This document shows positions 13,719 to 27,443 of a stretch of 64,000 nt of DNA, in pieces. Both the position numbers and the translations under genes were made by a program. The stretch spans positions 15,996,001 to 16,060,000 of the forward strand of contig NC_043009.1 of NCBI RefSeq assembly GCF_006345805.1, written 5' to 3'. Position 1 is the first letter of the stretch. Every line of letters starts with the position of its first letter. Source of the DNA: Octopus sinensis (lineage: Eukaryota). Below the pieces are notes generated by a model. It had not been told where the DNA came from, did no database searches, and worked only from the letters and a program-made list of their open reading frames with translations.

Positions 13719-16075
13719 GGAGTATCAAAATAACAAACTCGGCATCTGAACAACTTTGGACCCCCATAACAACTGAAGAGGTCACCCAGGCACTGCAAAA
13801 TCTAAGCAACTGGAAGGCACCTGGGCATGACAAGATCCCCAACTTCTGGTTGAAATATCTAACAGGAATGCACAAAAAGCTGGCTGAAAACTTTAACAGC
13901 ATACTAGCAGAGCCAGAGACAATGCCTGAATGGCTCACGAAGGGGAAAACCATCTTAATTCCCAAATCAAATGAAACAGCAAAACCAGAAAACTACAGAC
14001 CAATAACCTGCCTCCCTACTATGTTCAAGGCATTTACTGCAGTGATATCGCAAAGGTTGAACAAGCACCTGGACGAAAACAAACTGTTCCCAGAGGAGCA
14101 GAAAGGATGCCGCAAAGGCTCATATGGCTGTAAAGATCAACTAATGATTAATAAAGCCATAACTGAAGACAGCCACAGAAAGAAGAAAGGCCTCAGTATG
14201 GCCTGGATTGACTACAAAAAGGCGTTTGATAGCATCCCCCACACATGGATCCTCGAAACACTAGCCATTAACAAAGTAGCACCAACAATCATAAAATTCA
14301 TAGAGCACTCTATGAATAAATGGCAAACAGTCCTACACCTCCAAACAAAAGAGGGACTCATGAAAACCAAAGACATCCCCATTAGAAGAGAAATATTCCA
14401 GGGAGACACGCTCTCTCCACTCCTTTTCTGCTTGGTACTGTCACATCTATCTTATATGCTAAATAGAACTGGATGCGGATATAAATGTTACGGCAAAACG
14501 ATCAGCCACCTTTTCTTTATGGATGACCTAAAACTATACGCTGCAAATGACAAACAGCTGGAAACACTATTAAAGACAGTTCATGGATTTACCAAAGAAA
14601 TAGATATGAAATTTGGATTAGAAAAATGCGCCAAAGTAACCATGAAAAGAGGAAAACTAGTTAAGAGTAGCAACATCACACTAGATAAAACCAATGAAAT
14701 AAAAGAATTAGACCAAAGCCAAACTTACAAATACTTAGGAATCCATGAACTAGATAAGACACAACACACAAAAATGAAAGAGAAAATAAAAAAAGAATAT
14801 TATTGACGAGTTAGATCAATACTAAAAACAGAGCTCAATGCTAAAAACAAGATAATAGGTATCAACACTTTAGCTGTCCCAGTTATAAGTTACAGCTACA
14901 ATATCCTTAACTGGACACGAAATGAACTAACCAAAATAGATAGGAAAACAAGAAAAATAATGACAGGATCTAGAATGCATCACCCAAAATCTGCCATAGA
15001 AAGACTATATATACAACGTATAGAAGGTGGTAGAGGCCTTATACAGCTGGAAGACTACTATAAAATAACCACCATAGGACTGCAAAAATATCTACTTCAG
15101 AAGGAAGGAAAACTGATACAAATAGCGGCAAAACACGAGCAAAACAAAAAACTGTTCTCAGTATTTAAGGAAGCTGACAAATACAAACAATAAATCATAC
15201 CACCTAATAAACATGAAGAAGAAGAAGAAGAAGATGAAGAAACAACAAAAGCTATAAAACAAATGAAATCCAAACTAAAAATAGAACAGCAACGTACCAT
15301 GATAAAACGATGGCAAGAAAAGCCCCTTCATGGTAAATACTGGACTAAACTAAACGCAAAAGAAATAGACAAAGAAAAATCCCAGCAATGGTTAAGAAGC
15401 TCAGGACTCAAAGCAGAAACAGAAGGATTTTTAATTGCAGCACAAGACCAAACCCTCCCCATCAGAAATTACCAAAAACATGTAGTAAAAAGAAATATTA
15501 CAAGTAACTGCAGAATATGTGGAGATGGACAAGAAACAATAAATCATATTATCTCTAGCTGCCCAGTCCTGGCTAAGAAGGAATATATTCACAGACATGA
15601 CAGAGTTGGAACCTACATACATTGGAAGCTATGCCAACATTATGGAATAACAACAGAAAAAAGATGGTATAGACACACACCAGAAAAGGTCACAGAAAAC
15701 GAGAAAGCAACCATACTCTGGGATATGCCGATATACACAGATAGAGAAATTAAGGCCAACAGACCAGATATAGTTGTCAGAGATCATGAAGAAAAAATGC
15801 TTTCTAATTGATGTATCAATACCGGCAGATGACAACGTGTCTCTAAAAGAAATGGAGAAACTCTCAAAATACAAAGACCTGGAAATAGAGGTAACTAGAA
15901 TGTGGAATCTGAAAACAGAAACAATTCCTATCATAGTAGGTGCATTAGGCATGATAAAAAATATTCACACAAATACATAACAAAAACACCAGGACTTACA
16001 AACACATATAACGTACAGAAAATTGCACTACTAGGCACTGCACACATCCTACGCAGAACACTTTCCATACAATAA
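13714..16075 (+). pseudogene. Disrupted RT-RLE polyprotein ORF of Dong copy 2
   Basis: In-frame stops at 14804-14806 and 15191-15193; frameshifts near 15795 and 15960 relative to copy 1; N-terminus missing. Confidence 0.88.
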
Positions 16076-16140
16076 CCATCAGAGCATCACAACAATCACA
16101 ACACATCCAAGAAGCACAGAGAAGCGCTCGGTAGTAAAAT
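13714..16140 (+). mobile_element. 5'-truncated R4/Dong-clade non-LTR retrotransposon, copy 2
   Basis: RT motifs KAPGHDKIPNFW, NYRPITCL, IDYKKAFDSIPH, IFQGDTLSPLLF, HLFFMDDLKLYA, then CCHC and PD-(D/E)xK endonuclease; (TAA)n on both flanks. Confidence 0.95.
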
Positions 16141-16204
16141 GAAAAATGAAAAAAAATAAAATAAAAATAAATAATAATAATAATAATAATAAAGAATAAA
16201 ATAA

Positions 16205-16266
<62 letters not shown>

Positions 16267-16274
16267 TAATAATA

Positions 16275-16410
16275 ATCCTTACTACGATAGGCATAAGCCG
16301 GAAATTTTGGGGAAGGAAACATCAAATACATCGATTCCAGTGCGTACCTGGCACTAATCTCATCGACCCCGAAAGAATAAATGGCAAAGTAGAATTCTTT
16401 ACCCTAGGTA
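16275..16410 (-). mobile_element. SINE family C, 3' fragment
   Basis: Reverse complement matches the 3' half of 40750-40965 (TTTCGGGGTCGAT...CACTGG...GATGTA...TATGCCTATCGTAG); abuts the Dong (TAA)n tail. Confidence 0.65.
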
Positions 16411-16472
16411 TCAAGAACACACTCGCCAAGAAATGGAAAGAAAATTGAAAGGTGACAATATTGATAATGATG

Positions 16473-16514
<42 letters not shown>

Positions 16515-17100
16515 TAATAATAATAATAATAATAATAATATAATGAGTGACAAAATCGCTTCCACAAAATAATTGTTCTTGAATATTACTGAAAAAAAAT
16601 TTCCCTCTTCTCTGCAAGTGCGTTCAGGGTTTAAACAGAATCTACCCCTGGCAAGCCGTATCTGAGCTAAATTCATAGTTGTCTTCCCGCCATTTATAAC
16701 TAATAACTGGAAGGTATAAAAAGCAATTTCAAAATTCGGTCGAAATTAAGAAATGGCTTTGTACGTTGTGGGTTAACGTGTGAATTGACTCATTGAGTTT
16801 TTATCAGACACAAAGGTTTCAAGTCTTCGAGTTACCTACATTGCAAAGAAAATTTAACACGTCAGGAAAACCAGATCTACTGTAATCACATCCAGCTTTC
16901 CTAGCATTTTGAGTGAATTAATCTTAAATCTTTCGAAGACCTCAAAATTGTTACGGTGAAAAAGTTTGCTACCATCTCGTGAGTAAAGTATCAAGAACAC
17001 TCAACAGCTTGATCAACCGAGAAAACAAGTTGGATGAAACTTCAGATTACATATAGTTCAGCAAATGCGAACTTCCCTTGTATGTTTCTATCTATATCCT

Positions 17101-17430
<330 letters not shown>

Positions 17431-17812
17431 CATATATAGTCTTTCTTATACCTAAGGGCGTAGCTTAAATTGTGCATTATACTGAAAGAACTTTTGCATT
17501 TTGCATTAATGCAGACATGGAAGTAATTTATTTATTATTAAATATAATAATTTAAATTATTTACATGTTTTCAAGTTACGAAACAATGTGTCGTGATATT
17601 TATTTATTTTGTTAAATTCAATTTCATCAAGGTATTTCTCTGTCATTTATGATTTACAGATATATCACTATTTCGACCAGATAATCGGATGATGATAATC
17701 ACCGATGTTTACAGTGCGTTTTCTCGCATTTGTTTTATCCCTCCGATGATGTTACCGCGCTGGCTTGGGGACCAAGCTATGTGTATATATTTATGTATGT
17801 GTGTGTGTGTGT

Positions 17813-17850
<38 letters not shown>

Positions 17851-19119
17851 TGAGTGTATGTATGTGTGTGTATGCTTATGTGACCTGACCCCTATAATTC
17901 CAAGACTAAGTTGGCAGGTTGTAAAAGCCGTTACAGTGTTGGATGCATTGCCTCACAGAATTTGTTCTGACAGTACGATCAGAGTGTGTTGGTTACTTTG
18001 TGATATGAATCCTGGCACTTAGCATTCTGACAGGTGGCACGCGACGACAACGATGTCAAACCTCATCATCACGCAGCCTTTTCAGGGATTAAAAATTAGT
18101 GGCGTGCAGTAAGGAGATTAACGTACATGTGCAGCTACCAGTTTTGCTCAAACAGTTTTAGCCAGGTCTACACAAACAGTAGACGTTTGAGCAACCTTCA
18201 CCGAAAGCGGCTCTCGTAGTGATCCTGAGATGAGATTAAGAAACTATTCTAAGACCATGATTAGGCATTTTATAAATATATAAGCATGAAACAATTGTGC
18301 TGACATTTCAATGTCAATAAATGTTATTCTGTGGTTTACGGGCACGCACGCGCGCACACGCAACCACTTGCAACCGCACACACACATATATATCATGTAT
18401 GTATATATGTATGGCGACTGTAATATACAAAGCGAAAGTACCAGTTGTGTAAAGAGAGATAGTTATCCCATAGATTATATACCTGTTTACCTTTTCCTTC
18501 GCCTCACAATCGTCCTCTTTGCCTCTCCTCTCTCTCTCTCTCTGTCTCTCTCTCTCTCTCTCTCGCGCTCATTTTCTCTCTACTGTTTTTCTTTCCGCTT
18601 TCCGAAGAAAACAAATCTTCTTCAGTGGACATCTTACGAATTGGAATTATTCCTAACAAGTATTGCAACTTTATGATGATATAATGTATTCAGGAGTAGT
18701 ACGAGTCGTAATGAAGACGGCAGCAATGTTTAATTATAGTGGATTTTTGGCGGAGGTATTTCCTCATTGCACAACTGAAATTATATTTATCAACGAAGCA
18801 ATTTCTTTTGCTACTGATATGAAAAAAATAAAAACCGTTTGTCAGTAGAAGGAAACCCCTGTGAGAATCCCGGTGATGTTTTTAACAATTCCTCACACTC
18901 CAATAGATACATCCGAATCACGATTGCAAATCTAGGAAAACATCACAAACAGCCTCAGGAAACGTATTCCTATCGATAACGTTTTTCCTTCATATTTTGT
19001 TTTTTATGCCTTATTAACAGGGGTTTTTTTTTATGTATATGAATTTTTACACAAGAACTTACGTAGATGTAATACAAGCAAAAACATTTTATTATATATC
19101 TGCGTGTAAATAAATATCT

Positions 19120-19257
19120 CATTGTATGTATGCATGTATGTATGTATGTATGTATGTATGTATGTATGTATGTATGTAGTATGTATGTATGTAAGTATAC
19201 ACACATTCATACTTGTTTGTATATATGTGAATATGTATGAAAATATGTATGTGTATA

Positions 19258-19289
<32 letters not shown>

Positions 19290-19455
19290 CATACATACAT
19301 GCATACATGCATACATGCATACATGCATACGTGCATACATATATACATGCATACATGCATACATGCATATATTCATACATACATACATACATGCATGCAT
19401 ACATGCATACGTGCATACATACATACATACATGCATGCATACATACATACATAAA
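19120..19455. repeat. (TATG)n / (TACA, TGCA)n compound microsatellite
   Basis: Direct reading; source of several spurious ORFs. Confidence 0.95.
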
Positions 19456-20401
19456 GACAAATACATAAACATAAATATATATATGTGTATGTATGTATTT
19501 ACCCATGTTTATGTTTGGTGGTTAACTGCTTGTATGCATATGTGCGTGTGTTGCAATGAGTGTATATGTCAATATATATATATATGTATATTACAGTGTG
19601 TACGACTGTATTTTAGAAACATTGGTTTCATGGTTTTCCGGGAAGGATTGTAAATATTCGGTAGGTTGTATGAAGATATTTCTATTCTTAAAGGCAATGT
19701 TTGTACATTTGCATATATACATATATAGTTGTTTTTATGTAGTAATTTACGCTTGTGGATATGTATATATAATTCCTTTTCAGTATATTTGAAGGTTTGA
19801 TCGTTTGTGGGTGTGTTTATACAATAAAAAAATGTAAACGTGTAAGCTCGCTTTAAGGATATATAGATGTGAGCATTCATGCTTGTATGTGAATGTGTTT
19901 ACATATGTTTAGTATATATTTGTGTTTGCGTACATGTGATTTTACCTCTCTCAATAAACTTCGGTATAAAGATTAGATAGTACACGCACTTGCACGCAGG
20001 CATGCACATACACACACACACACGTACGCGCACACACGCGCGCACGCGCAAGCACACTCCCATATTATATAAACGTTGGTTCATATATGTACCTATATAA
20101 TTTTTTTTTCTAGAGCAACAATCACAAAGTAAGGTATAACCTATCAGCTAGTAGTTAGTGACCTTATGCTATGCACCCTTAAATATTTTACCCAGCGCAT
20201 AAAAGTTAACACATAAATACGCATAAATACTAACACAGGACTGGTGTCGGTAAACTCAGATGGAAAATACCACATGGTAAACAGGAAATCAACCGCGTGG
20301 CGAGCATGAAATCGGCCGCTTGGTGGACAAGATAACGGTCGTGTGTTTGGGGGAGGTAGGAAGGGGTGGTAGATGTGGGGGTATATATGTATATATGAGA
20401 A

Positions 20402-20785
20402 TCCTGCCTCTCAAAGGTTGTAGTATACAAAGCCATCCTTAAACCATCCGATGGTATTACTAGGCACTACATGGGCACGGCAGCCAATAATTTCAATGGA
20501 AGATATTCCCAGCACTTGCATTCATTTACATCCAGAGAGAGAGAGAACTCCACCTCCCTGTACCGCTTTCTCTGGAGACTGCGTGACCTCCGCGACGAAA
20601 TACCCAGCATCAAGAGAACTATTATTGGCAGGGCGTTACCATAGTCACCTGGCGCCCCTACTTGCCAGTTGTGCCTCCGCAAATTCCTGCTTATCATCTA
20701 CCAACCCGCAGTATCCATCAACAAGAAATATTATGTATCGTATAGCTGTCACCAGCAGTACACTATTCTGGTAAATTTCAAGCCA
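20402..20785 (+). mobile_element. Penelope-like GIY-YIG endonuclease fragment (pseudogene)
   Basis: One frame reads CLSKVVVYKAILKPSDGITRHYMGTAANNFNGRYSQHLHSF...STSLYRFLWRLRD...RALP*SPGAPTCQLCLRKFLLII...SCHQQY, with a single stop. Confidence 0.85.
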
Positions 20786-21691
20786 CTGATCGGATATACC
20801 TCCTTAGTACGAGCTAACTCTAGAACAACCTGCACCAAGGTCACAGTTACAAATTAACCCTCATTAACAGCACCGCAAATCATCGACTTACCCCCGCACA
20901 CACACTTCTCGATACCTGTTTACTCGCATACATACTTTTACATCACGTTGTTCATTATCACGTAAATCTGCATTAATATTCTAGTTAAGACCGGACTCTA
21001 GTAATAGTAATGTAGAAACCGAGAGGAGCATAATGGAGGGCATCCAACATATATCTAACTCCATCTACCAAAGTATCAAGGTAAATATAGATTACTCGAT
21101 TAGGCACCTTAACAATAGACTTACTGTCCTTGAAACTGAACTTTGTAAAGAGACTATGAACAACAAAGTGCAGCCCCTCTACTATTACAAGAAATACATA
21201 GCTTCTAAATATGTGTACAGCTATTATAGAGTTTTTATACTATAAGACTTCCATAGTAGCTTTCTCTCAGTAACTCTCAAAGCCTTTAGGATTTGTTTAC
21301 AAAAATATTATTTATGTAGTATTGAGACAATTTAAGTATATGTCAATTAAAGTTGACTGAAATTGACTGTTGAGCGTTTGGACAGTCAGATTTTTAAGGA
21401 GGCATGAAAGCATCAATTTGTGGGTTTGATTCAGCTCATCATATTTCGGTCATTTGCTTATATTTAAAACTTGTCGCTTCAAAATCGGAGGTTAAATATC
21501 ATTATGATATATATCATATACAGTTATTATACAGTTATATATACATACATAGATACATACATACATATTTATATATACATACATGTGAATGTTTTAAATA
21601 ATAAGGCACTAAAAGAGAGTGACTCTCCCCAGAAACAACAAAATATGCTTCAACACACGAACTCACATAAAGAGCTTTGCAAACCAAATCC

Positions 21692-21737
<46 letters not shown>

Positions 21738-21749
21738 TAATAATAATAT

Positions 21750-22817
21750 GAGTGAGTATTATTCCAAACTTACAGGGAAAAATTTAATTTAGAAATACTA
21801 AATCAAATTTCAAAAAATATCATATATATATATATATATATATAAATTAGGAAAAAAAACACCTTTAATCAATTCCATAATGAAAATTTAATTATACTAT
21901 CTAGAAAATTACATATTATAGAAAGATTAAATATAAGATAAAACATATAAATATGATTAAGTAATGTGCAAAATAATAAATAAAACGTATATATTTGGTA
22001 TAATAACGACACGTGTTTCGTGGCTATATTTAAGAAATGATAATAGTAAAAATAATAGTAGTAGCAGTAGTAAAATTATTTCAATATAAATATAGCCACT
22101 CTTCAGGTTAAAGATAACAACAATAATAAAATAATTCATTAGATAAATTAATAAATATATGTAAATAATCTTATAAAATACGAAATATTTTAACAAATAT
22201 ATTTTTGTTTAAAAAATGAGATACAGTTAATTAAAATATTTTATATATATATAAGATACAAAATAGACAAGTGAAAAATACAACACTTTAAACTATATAC
22301 ATTAAATCAAATTATTAAGTAATGTATTTATATTCAATAGTTAATAAAGAACCACATTAAAGAATACACATTAAGCAATTTATACTAAAAACCTTAATGT
22401 TAAGTAATATACACAAGCCATAAATACTGGAATAAAAATAGGAAATGGTTCAAATATACACACACCTATTATATAAACTAATATATATTATTAATATATA
22501 TGTAGTATCTGTAGATTTAATATTTCACTCAATAATATAGTTGACCAAAATATCAATAAATATATGACTAATTTACTTAAATGTAATAGGACGTAATATA
22601 TATACCACCTAATTATTAAATAATGTATTGTCTAACAAAGCTTATTCGCAAATCAAATTATGTGTAATACGTTAAATCCCTGTATAAAAATAATAATAAA
22701 GCATTCTAAATAAATTGATATCATAACTAATAACTTTCATAATTAATAACTATCAAGAAACTAAATATAAAAATAATAATATTTCAACAACAACACAACA
22801 ACAACAACAACAACAAC

Positions 22818-22895
<78 letters not shown>

Positions 22896-23642
22896 CAAAC
22901 CCAATACAATTCAAAAGCCAAATAATATTGGTAACCAAAATCTTTACTTATCGATGAAAACAATATAACTGAATTTTAAACTTAAAAAATAGGTCTTATC
23001 GTAAATAAGAAATCAATCTCGTGAAGACGTTGTGTAAACTAAATATAAAAATAATAATATTTCAACAACAACAACAACAACAATTTTTAAAGTTTAAAAT
23101 TCAGTTATATTGTTTTCATCGATAAGTAAAGTTTTTTGGTTACCAATATTATTTGGCTTTTGAATTGTATTGGGTTTGAGTATTATTATAGAATAAAATT
23201 ATCAATGAAAATGAAAACTATTTATTAATGAAAACACAATGCGAGTACAAGCCATAAATACTGGAATCAAAAATTGGAAATGGTTCAAATATACACACAC
23301 CCATTATAAAATCTGAATATATTATCAATATATATGTAGTATGTATAGATTTAATATTTCTCTCAATAATATAGTTGACCAAAATATCAATTAATATAAA
23401 ACTAATTTACTTAAATGTAATACTACGTAATACCTAATTATTAAATAATTTATTGTCTAACAAAACTAATTCTCAAATTAAAGTATATATTATATATAAA
23501 AATAATAATAAAGCATACTAAATAAATAGATATCATAGTAACTATCATAACTAATAACTATCAAGAAACTAAATATAAAAATAATATTTCAGCAACAATA
23601 ATAATAACAACAACAACAACAACAACAATAATAATAATAATC

Positions 23643-23680
<38 letters not shown>

Positions 23681-24105
23681 TACAATAATCAAACCCATTA
23701 CAGTTCAAAAGCCAAATAATATTGATAACCAGCGGTATATTTATTACGTAGTATTACATTTAAGTAACTTAGTTTTATATTGATATTTTGGTCAACTATA
23801 GTATTGAGTGAAATATTAAATCTATAGATACTACATATATATTAATAATATAGTTAGTTTATATAATGGGTGTGTGTATATTTGAACCATTTCCTACTTT
23901 TGATTCCAGTATTTATGGCTTGTACTAGCATTGAGTATATTACTTAACATTAAAGTTTATAAATTGCTTAATGAGTATTAGACTTTATTTGGTTCTTTAT
24001 TAAATATTAAATATAAATATATTACTTAATAATTTGATTTAATGTATATAGTTTAAAGTGTTGTATTTTTCACTTAATGTATATTTTGTATCTTATATAT
24101 ATACA
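21750..24105. mobile_element. AT-rich rearranged Penelope-derived non-coding element with nested direct and inverted copies
   Basis: Terminus CCAAACTTACAGGGAAAAATT shared with ~29725 and ~47400; 22400-22930 repeats at 23240-23730; 22245-22605 is inverted at 23735-24105; 22885-22990 is inverted at 23083-23190. Confidence 0.75.
22004..22110 (-). ncRNA. Canonical type-I hammerhead ribozyme with extended stem II
   Basis: Minus strand: UAAC-CUGAAGA-GUGGCUAUAUUU(loop ~56 nt)AAAUAUAGCCAC-GAAA-CACGUG-UC/GUUA; perfect core, 12-bp stem II, GUC cleavage triplet. Confidence 0.85.
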
Positions 24106-24523
24106 TGTCATCAGCCACAAGGTATAAATATTTTAAACGGGGAAAAATTACAGTTTACAAGGAATAAAATTGCCAGTTTATAAGGAATAGAATAAAGAAA
24201 TAAAATAGAAGAATAAAGAGTAACAGTAGCTGGAAGAATATACGCAGGAGGATATGGATGTTGGTCAGTACTTTCATAAAAGTATAGGTGTTTAGTTAGA
24301 ATCTCAGGTAAATCCAGGCAACATTTAGGCAGCAGTCTGAATGATGTATTTATATTGTAAATGTGTTAGAGCGACAAAAAGGTGACTTGAGGTACTTGTT
24401 TTGCCTTAGTTTTGATATTTCCTCTGATATGTATATGCGTGTGTGTGTGTTGTGTGTGTGTGTGTGGTGTGTGTGTGAGCGTTTGTGTGTGTACATGTGT
24501 ATGTGTATATGTTTAAATGTGGA

Positions 24524-24825
24524 GGCGCAATGGCCCAGTGGTTAGGGCAGCGGACTCGCGGTTGTAGGATCGCAGTTTCGATTCCCAGGCCGGGCGTTGT
24601 GAGTGTTTATTGAGCGAAAACACCTAAAAAGCTCCACGAGGCTGCGGCAGGGGGTGGTGATCCCTGCTGTACTCTTTCACCACTCTTTCTCTCACTCTTT
24701 CTTCTGTTGGCCTGCTCGCTTAGCCAGCGGGGTGGCGTCATTCGAAGGCTAAAACAGTGCGAACGCATTGTGACCAGCGATGTGCAACAACATCTGATGT
24801 CTGGTCGGTCACGTTATCACGTGAC
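24524..24825 (+). mobile_element. SINE family D (same head as 9575, different tail)
   Basis: GGCGCAATGGCCCAGTGGTTAGGGCAGCGGACTCGCGG...GTTTCGATTCCC and TTGAGCGAAAACACCTAAA shared with 9575. Confidence 0.8.
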
Positions 24826-24997
24826 ATGTATAAATACTATATACATATGCATGTATGGTATGTATTTGATGAATACGACATACGTATTCTTTATATGCAA
24901 ATGTATAATTGTGTATGCGTGTGAGTGCTCATTCGTGTGTGTACACATGTGTGAGCGCGTGTGAATATGTGTTTATATCATTCACTTTAAAAGTTTG

Positions 24998-25034
24998 CAC
25001 TACTATCGTTTCGACCTGTGACCATCATCAGGTG
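24998..25034 (-). ncRNA. Minimal type-I hammerhead ribozyme
   Basis: Minus strand: CAC-CUGAUGA-U-GGUC(ACA)GGUC-GAAA-CGAUAG-UA/GUG; intact core; stem II closes with two G.U pairs. Confidence 0.7.
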
Positions 25035-25249
25035 AATTTATAAATTTTCATTTATAGATTAAACGTAAATCTATATAAAATGTCACCACTACTTATTAAA
25101 GCGTTAAACTAACTAACAATCTTATATGTACGACACTAAATTTTTTTTTTAATGAAACTGAAATTCAAAGAATATAAGTCATTGTTGCTAGTTATATATA
25201 TTATGCTGTTGCCATGAATTTACAGATTTTGTTTACTAGTAATCCTTCC

Positions 25250-25620
25250 TTGGGTCATGTAATTGTCTACAATGTATCACAAAACAACGTCCTCATTCTT
25301 TAGAGTGGCAGAGCATGAAACATTTGTAGAATTTAAGCTGGGGTTGTAAGCTTCGTGGTTGTGACTGTTGATTAATATACAGGTTTCCACTAACCGTATA
25401 GTAAACAAATAATCATACCAATGTATTGGTAAATACGCAAATAACGCCAGGGTAAGTATGATAAATAACGGGGTAGTCAAAAATATTTCCCTTGAAATTT
25501 CTGTCAAGAAGGCTACTTTCTATAAATCATATATAAGTTTATCAAATCCTTTGTATATTTAAGGCTGAGAGAAGACAGAGGGTAGTATCTGTTTGGGGTA
25601 GAGTTGGTGGAGCAGACAGA
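25250..25620 (-). mobile_element. Highly degenerate Penelope-like ORF remnant upstream of the hammerhead
   Basis: Fragmentary motifs across frames (LSLKYTKDL, PGVI..., YG.SG.., INSHNH) resemble a PLE linker/GIY-YIG; the position 5' of an HHR fits pLTR architecture. Weak. Confidence 0.35.
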
Positions 25621-26119
25621 CATCCTAAATGGTATTAGTCATAAAATCAAGATTTATTTGAAGCAATGTCATGAGGTTTAGTAAGAGAATACTTAAAACA
25701 AGATATTGACTGGTAATTAAAGTATCGCCCACTAGCAGACCATTGATAATAGGACAGGGGAAGTCTTATCATGTAGTACTATAGTTAAATACTATAAAAC
25801 AATGTTGCTATATTATATACAGATAAATGTTAGGGTTGTTCAAAAGATTATTAAGAAGAATAGTTATGAATACTTTTTAGTATATATCAAATTTCACACA
25901 ATAGAGGGAGGAAAAGAAAATATAGAAATGGCTTAATATTTATACACGTAAATATCCATTTATCAGATATCTCTGAATATTGATTAAATGATATTTACTG
26001 GTATTAATAAAGAAGTATTGAGGGAAAAGAGCAGGCTAATTATATATTAAAAATTTTAGTCTAAAATTTAGTCTATTGCCGATCCGATAAGTTACAGGGA
26101 CATGAACACAACTAGATTG

Positions 26120-26170
26120 GATGTCAATCGATGCTGGTGGGGGCAAACGCACACACTTATAAATACACAT

Positions 26171-26215
<45 letters not shown>

Positions 26216-26472
26216 AACATGTGTGTGTATATACATATATATATATACACACACATATATATATATGTGTGTGCGTATATATATCTATATATATATATGC
26301 ACACATACACACATACATACGACGGTCTTCTTTCATTTTCCGTCTATCGAATCCACTTACAAAGCTTTCGTCAGGCTGAGGCTTTAATAGACGACAGCTG
26401 CCCGAGCTGTCATGCAGTGTGACTGAACCTGGAACTATCTGGTCGGGAAGCAAGTTTCTTACCACAACAGCC
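26120..26472 (-). mobile_element. Degenerate SINE family A with internal microsatellite expansion
   Basis: Reverse complement of the family A head and middle. Confidence 0.7.
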
Positions 26473-26474
26473 TC

Positions 26475-26541
<67 letters not shown>

Positions 26542-26875
26542 TGTATTTACTATGCTTATATGTATACATGAACCGACAGAGAAGGATAAGCAATCTGTAT
26601 GCAGTTTTGTCTGATTTGTTTTGACATAATATTAATCGAATAAATGTATCCCATTGTTGTGTTGTAATTGCGATTTTCAATGCTTTCTGTGGAGATCAAA
26701 TTTTTATTACGTAATTTCAATAGATATATATACACTCATATAGACAGAAGCACGTACATTCACACACACATACACACAAACACACAGACATACAAACATA
26801 CAGACACACAAACACACACACACATACCCACACATACACACACATATATATATATCTATATATATATGTATATAT

Positions 26876-27300
26876 AAAAAGAGAACGAGGGGGGAGAAGA
26901 GCAGTTAAAAACTCAGCTCCATGCGTGTTGAATAGCCGTTGTTTTTAAATGAGACAAGGGCATTTCTCCTTGGTACAAAAACGATGTAAGGCTAACGAGA
27001 TAAATAAAATCTCAATACGAAACTAGTTTCACCTTTAATGTACAAACAAATTAAATCAATTTTAAAAATTTAATTTACTACGATCTTCAGATGTATGCTC
27101 CATATTTTGTGAAAAATAATGCAGAACTATAAGATATATTTACCTTCGTTTACCTGCATCAGTTCGTAATTCAATTTATCTCGCCCGCCTTACATCGTTT
27201 TCCTACCAAGGAGAAATGCCTTTGTTTTATTTGGTCATTCAACACGCATGGAGTTACGTTTTTTAACTGCTCTTCTTCCCCTCTCTATATCTTCATATAT
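26876..27300. mobile_element. MITE-like element with ~115-bp imperfect terminal inverted repeats, within (TA)n
   Basis: 26888-27005 is the reverse complement of 27174-27283 (GAAGAGCAGTTAAAAA, CTCCATGCGTGTTGAAT, GGCATTTCTCCTTGGTA, AAAACGATGTAAGGC, CGAGATAAAT). Confidence 0.8.
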
Positions 27301-27412
27301 ATATATATTATATATATATATACAATGTGCCGCTATCGGCCCAGCGACAGATTAGAAGCGTGTTCGAATATGAACGAAGAAGCATGACTTCTCTCTCTTT
27401 TACTACATTATC

Positions 27413-27443
<31 letters not shown>

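Noticed and set aside
13183-13965. 260-aa minus-strand ORF and the A/C-rich segment 13190-13475
   Set aside because: The ORF is microsatellite plus LINE antisense. The 13190-13475 segment only faintly resembles a PLE C-terminus and could not be supported.
18697-18758. Possible exon GVVRVVMKTAAMFNYSGFLAE, phase-compatible with 975-1062
   Set aside because: Weak acceptor and donor, short, and no homology; expected by chance.
26985-27095. Hammerhead-like CTAACGA...GAAACTAGTTTC and TCTTCAG motifs
   Set aside because: The core and stems do not assemble properly; the sequence is part of a MITE arm.
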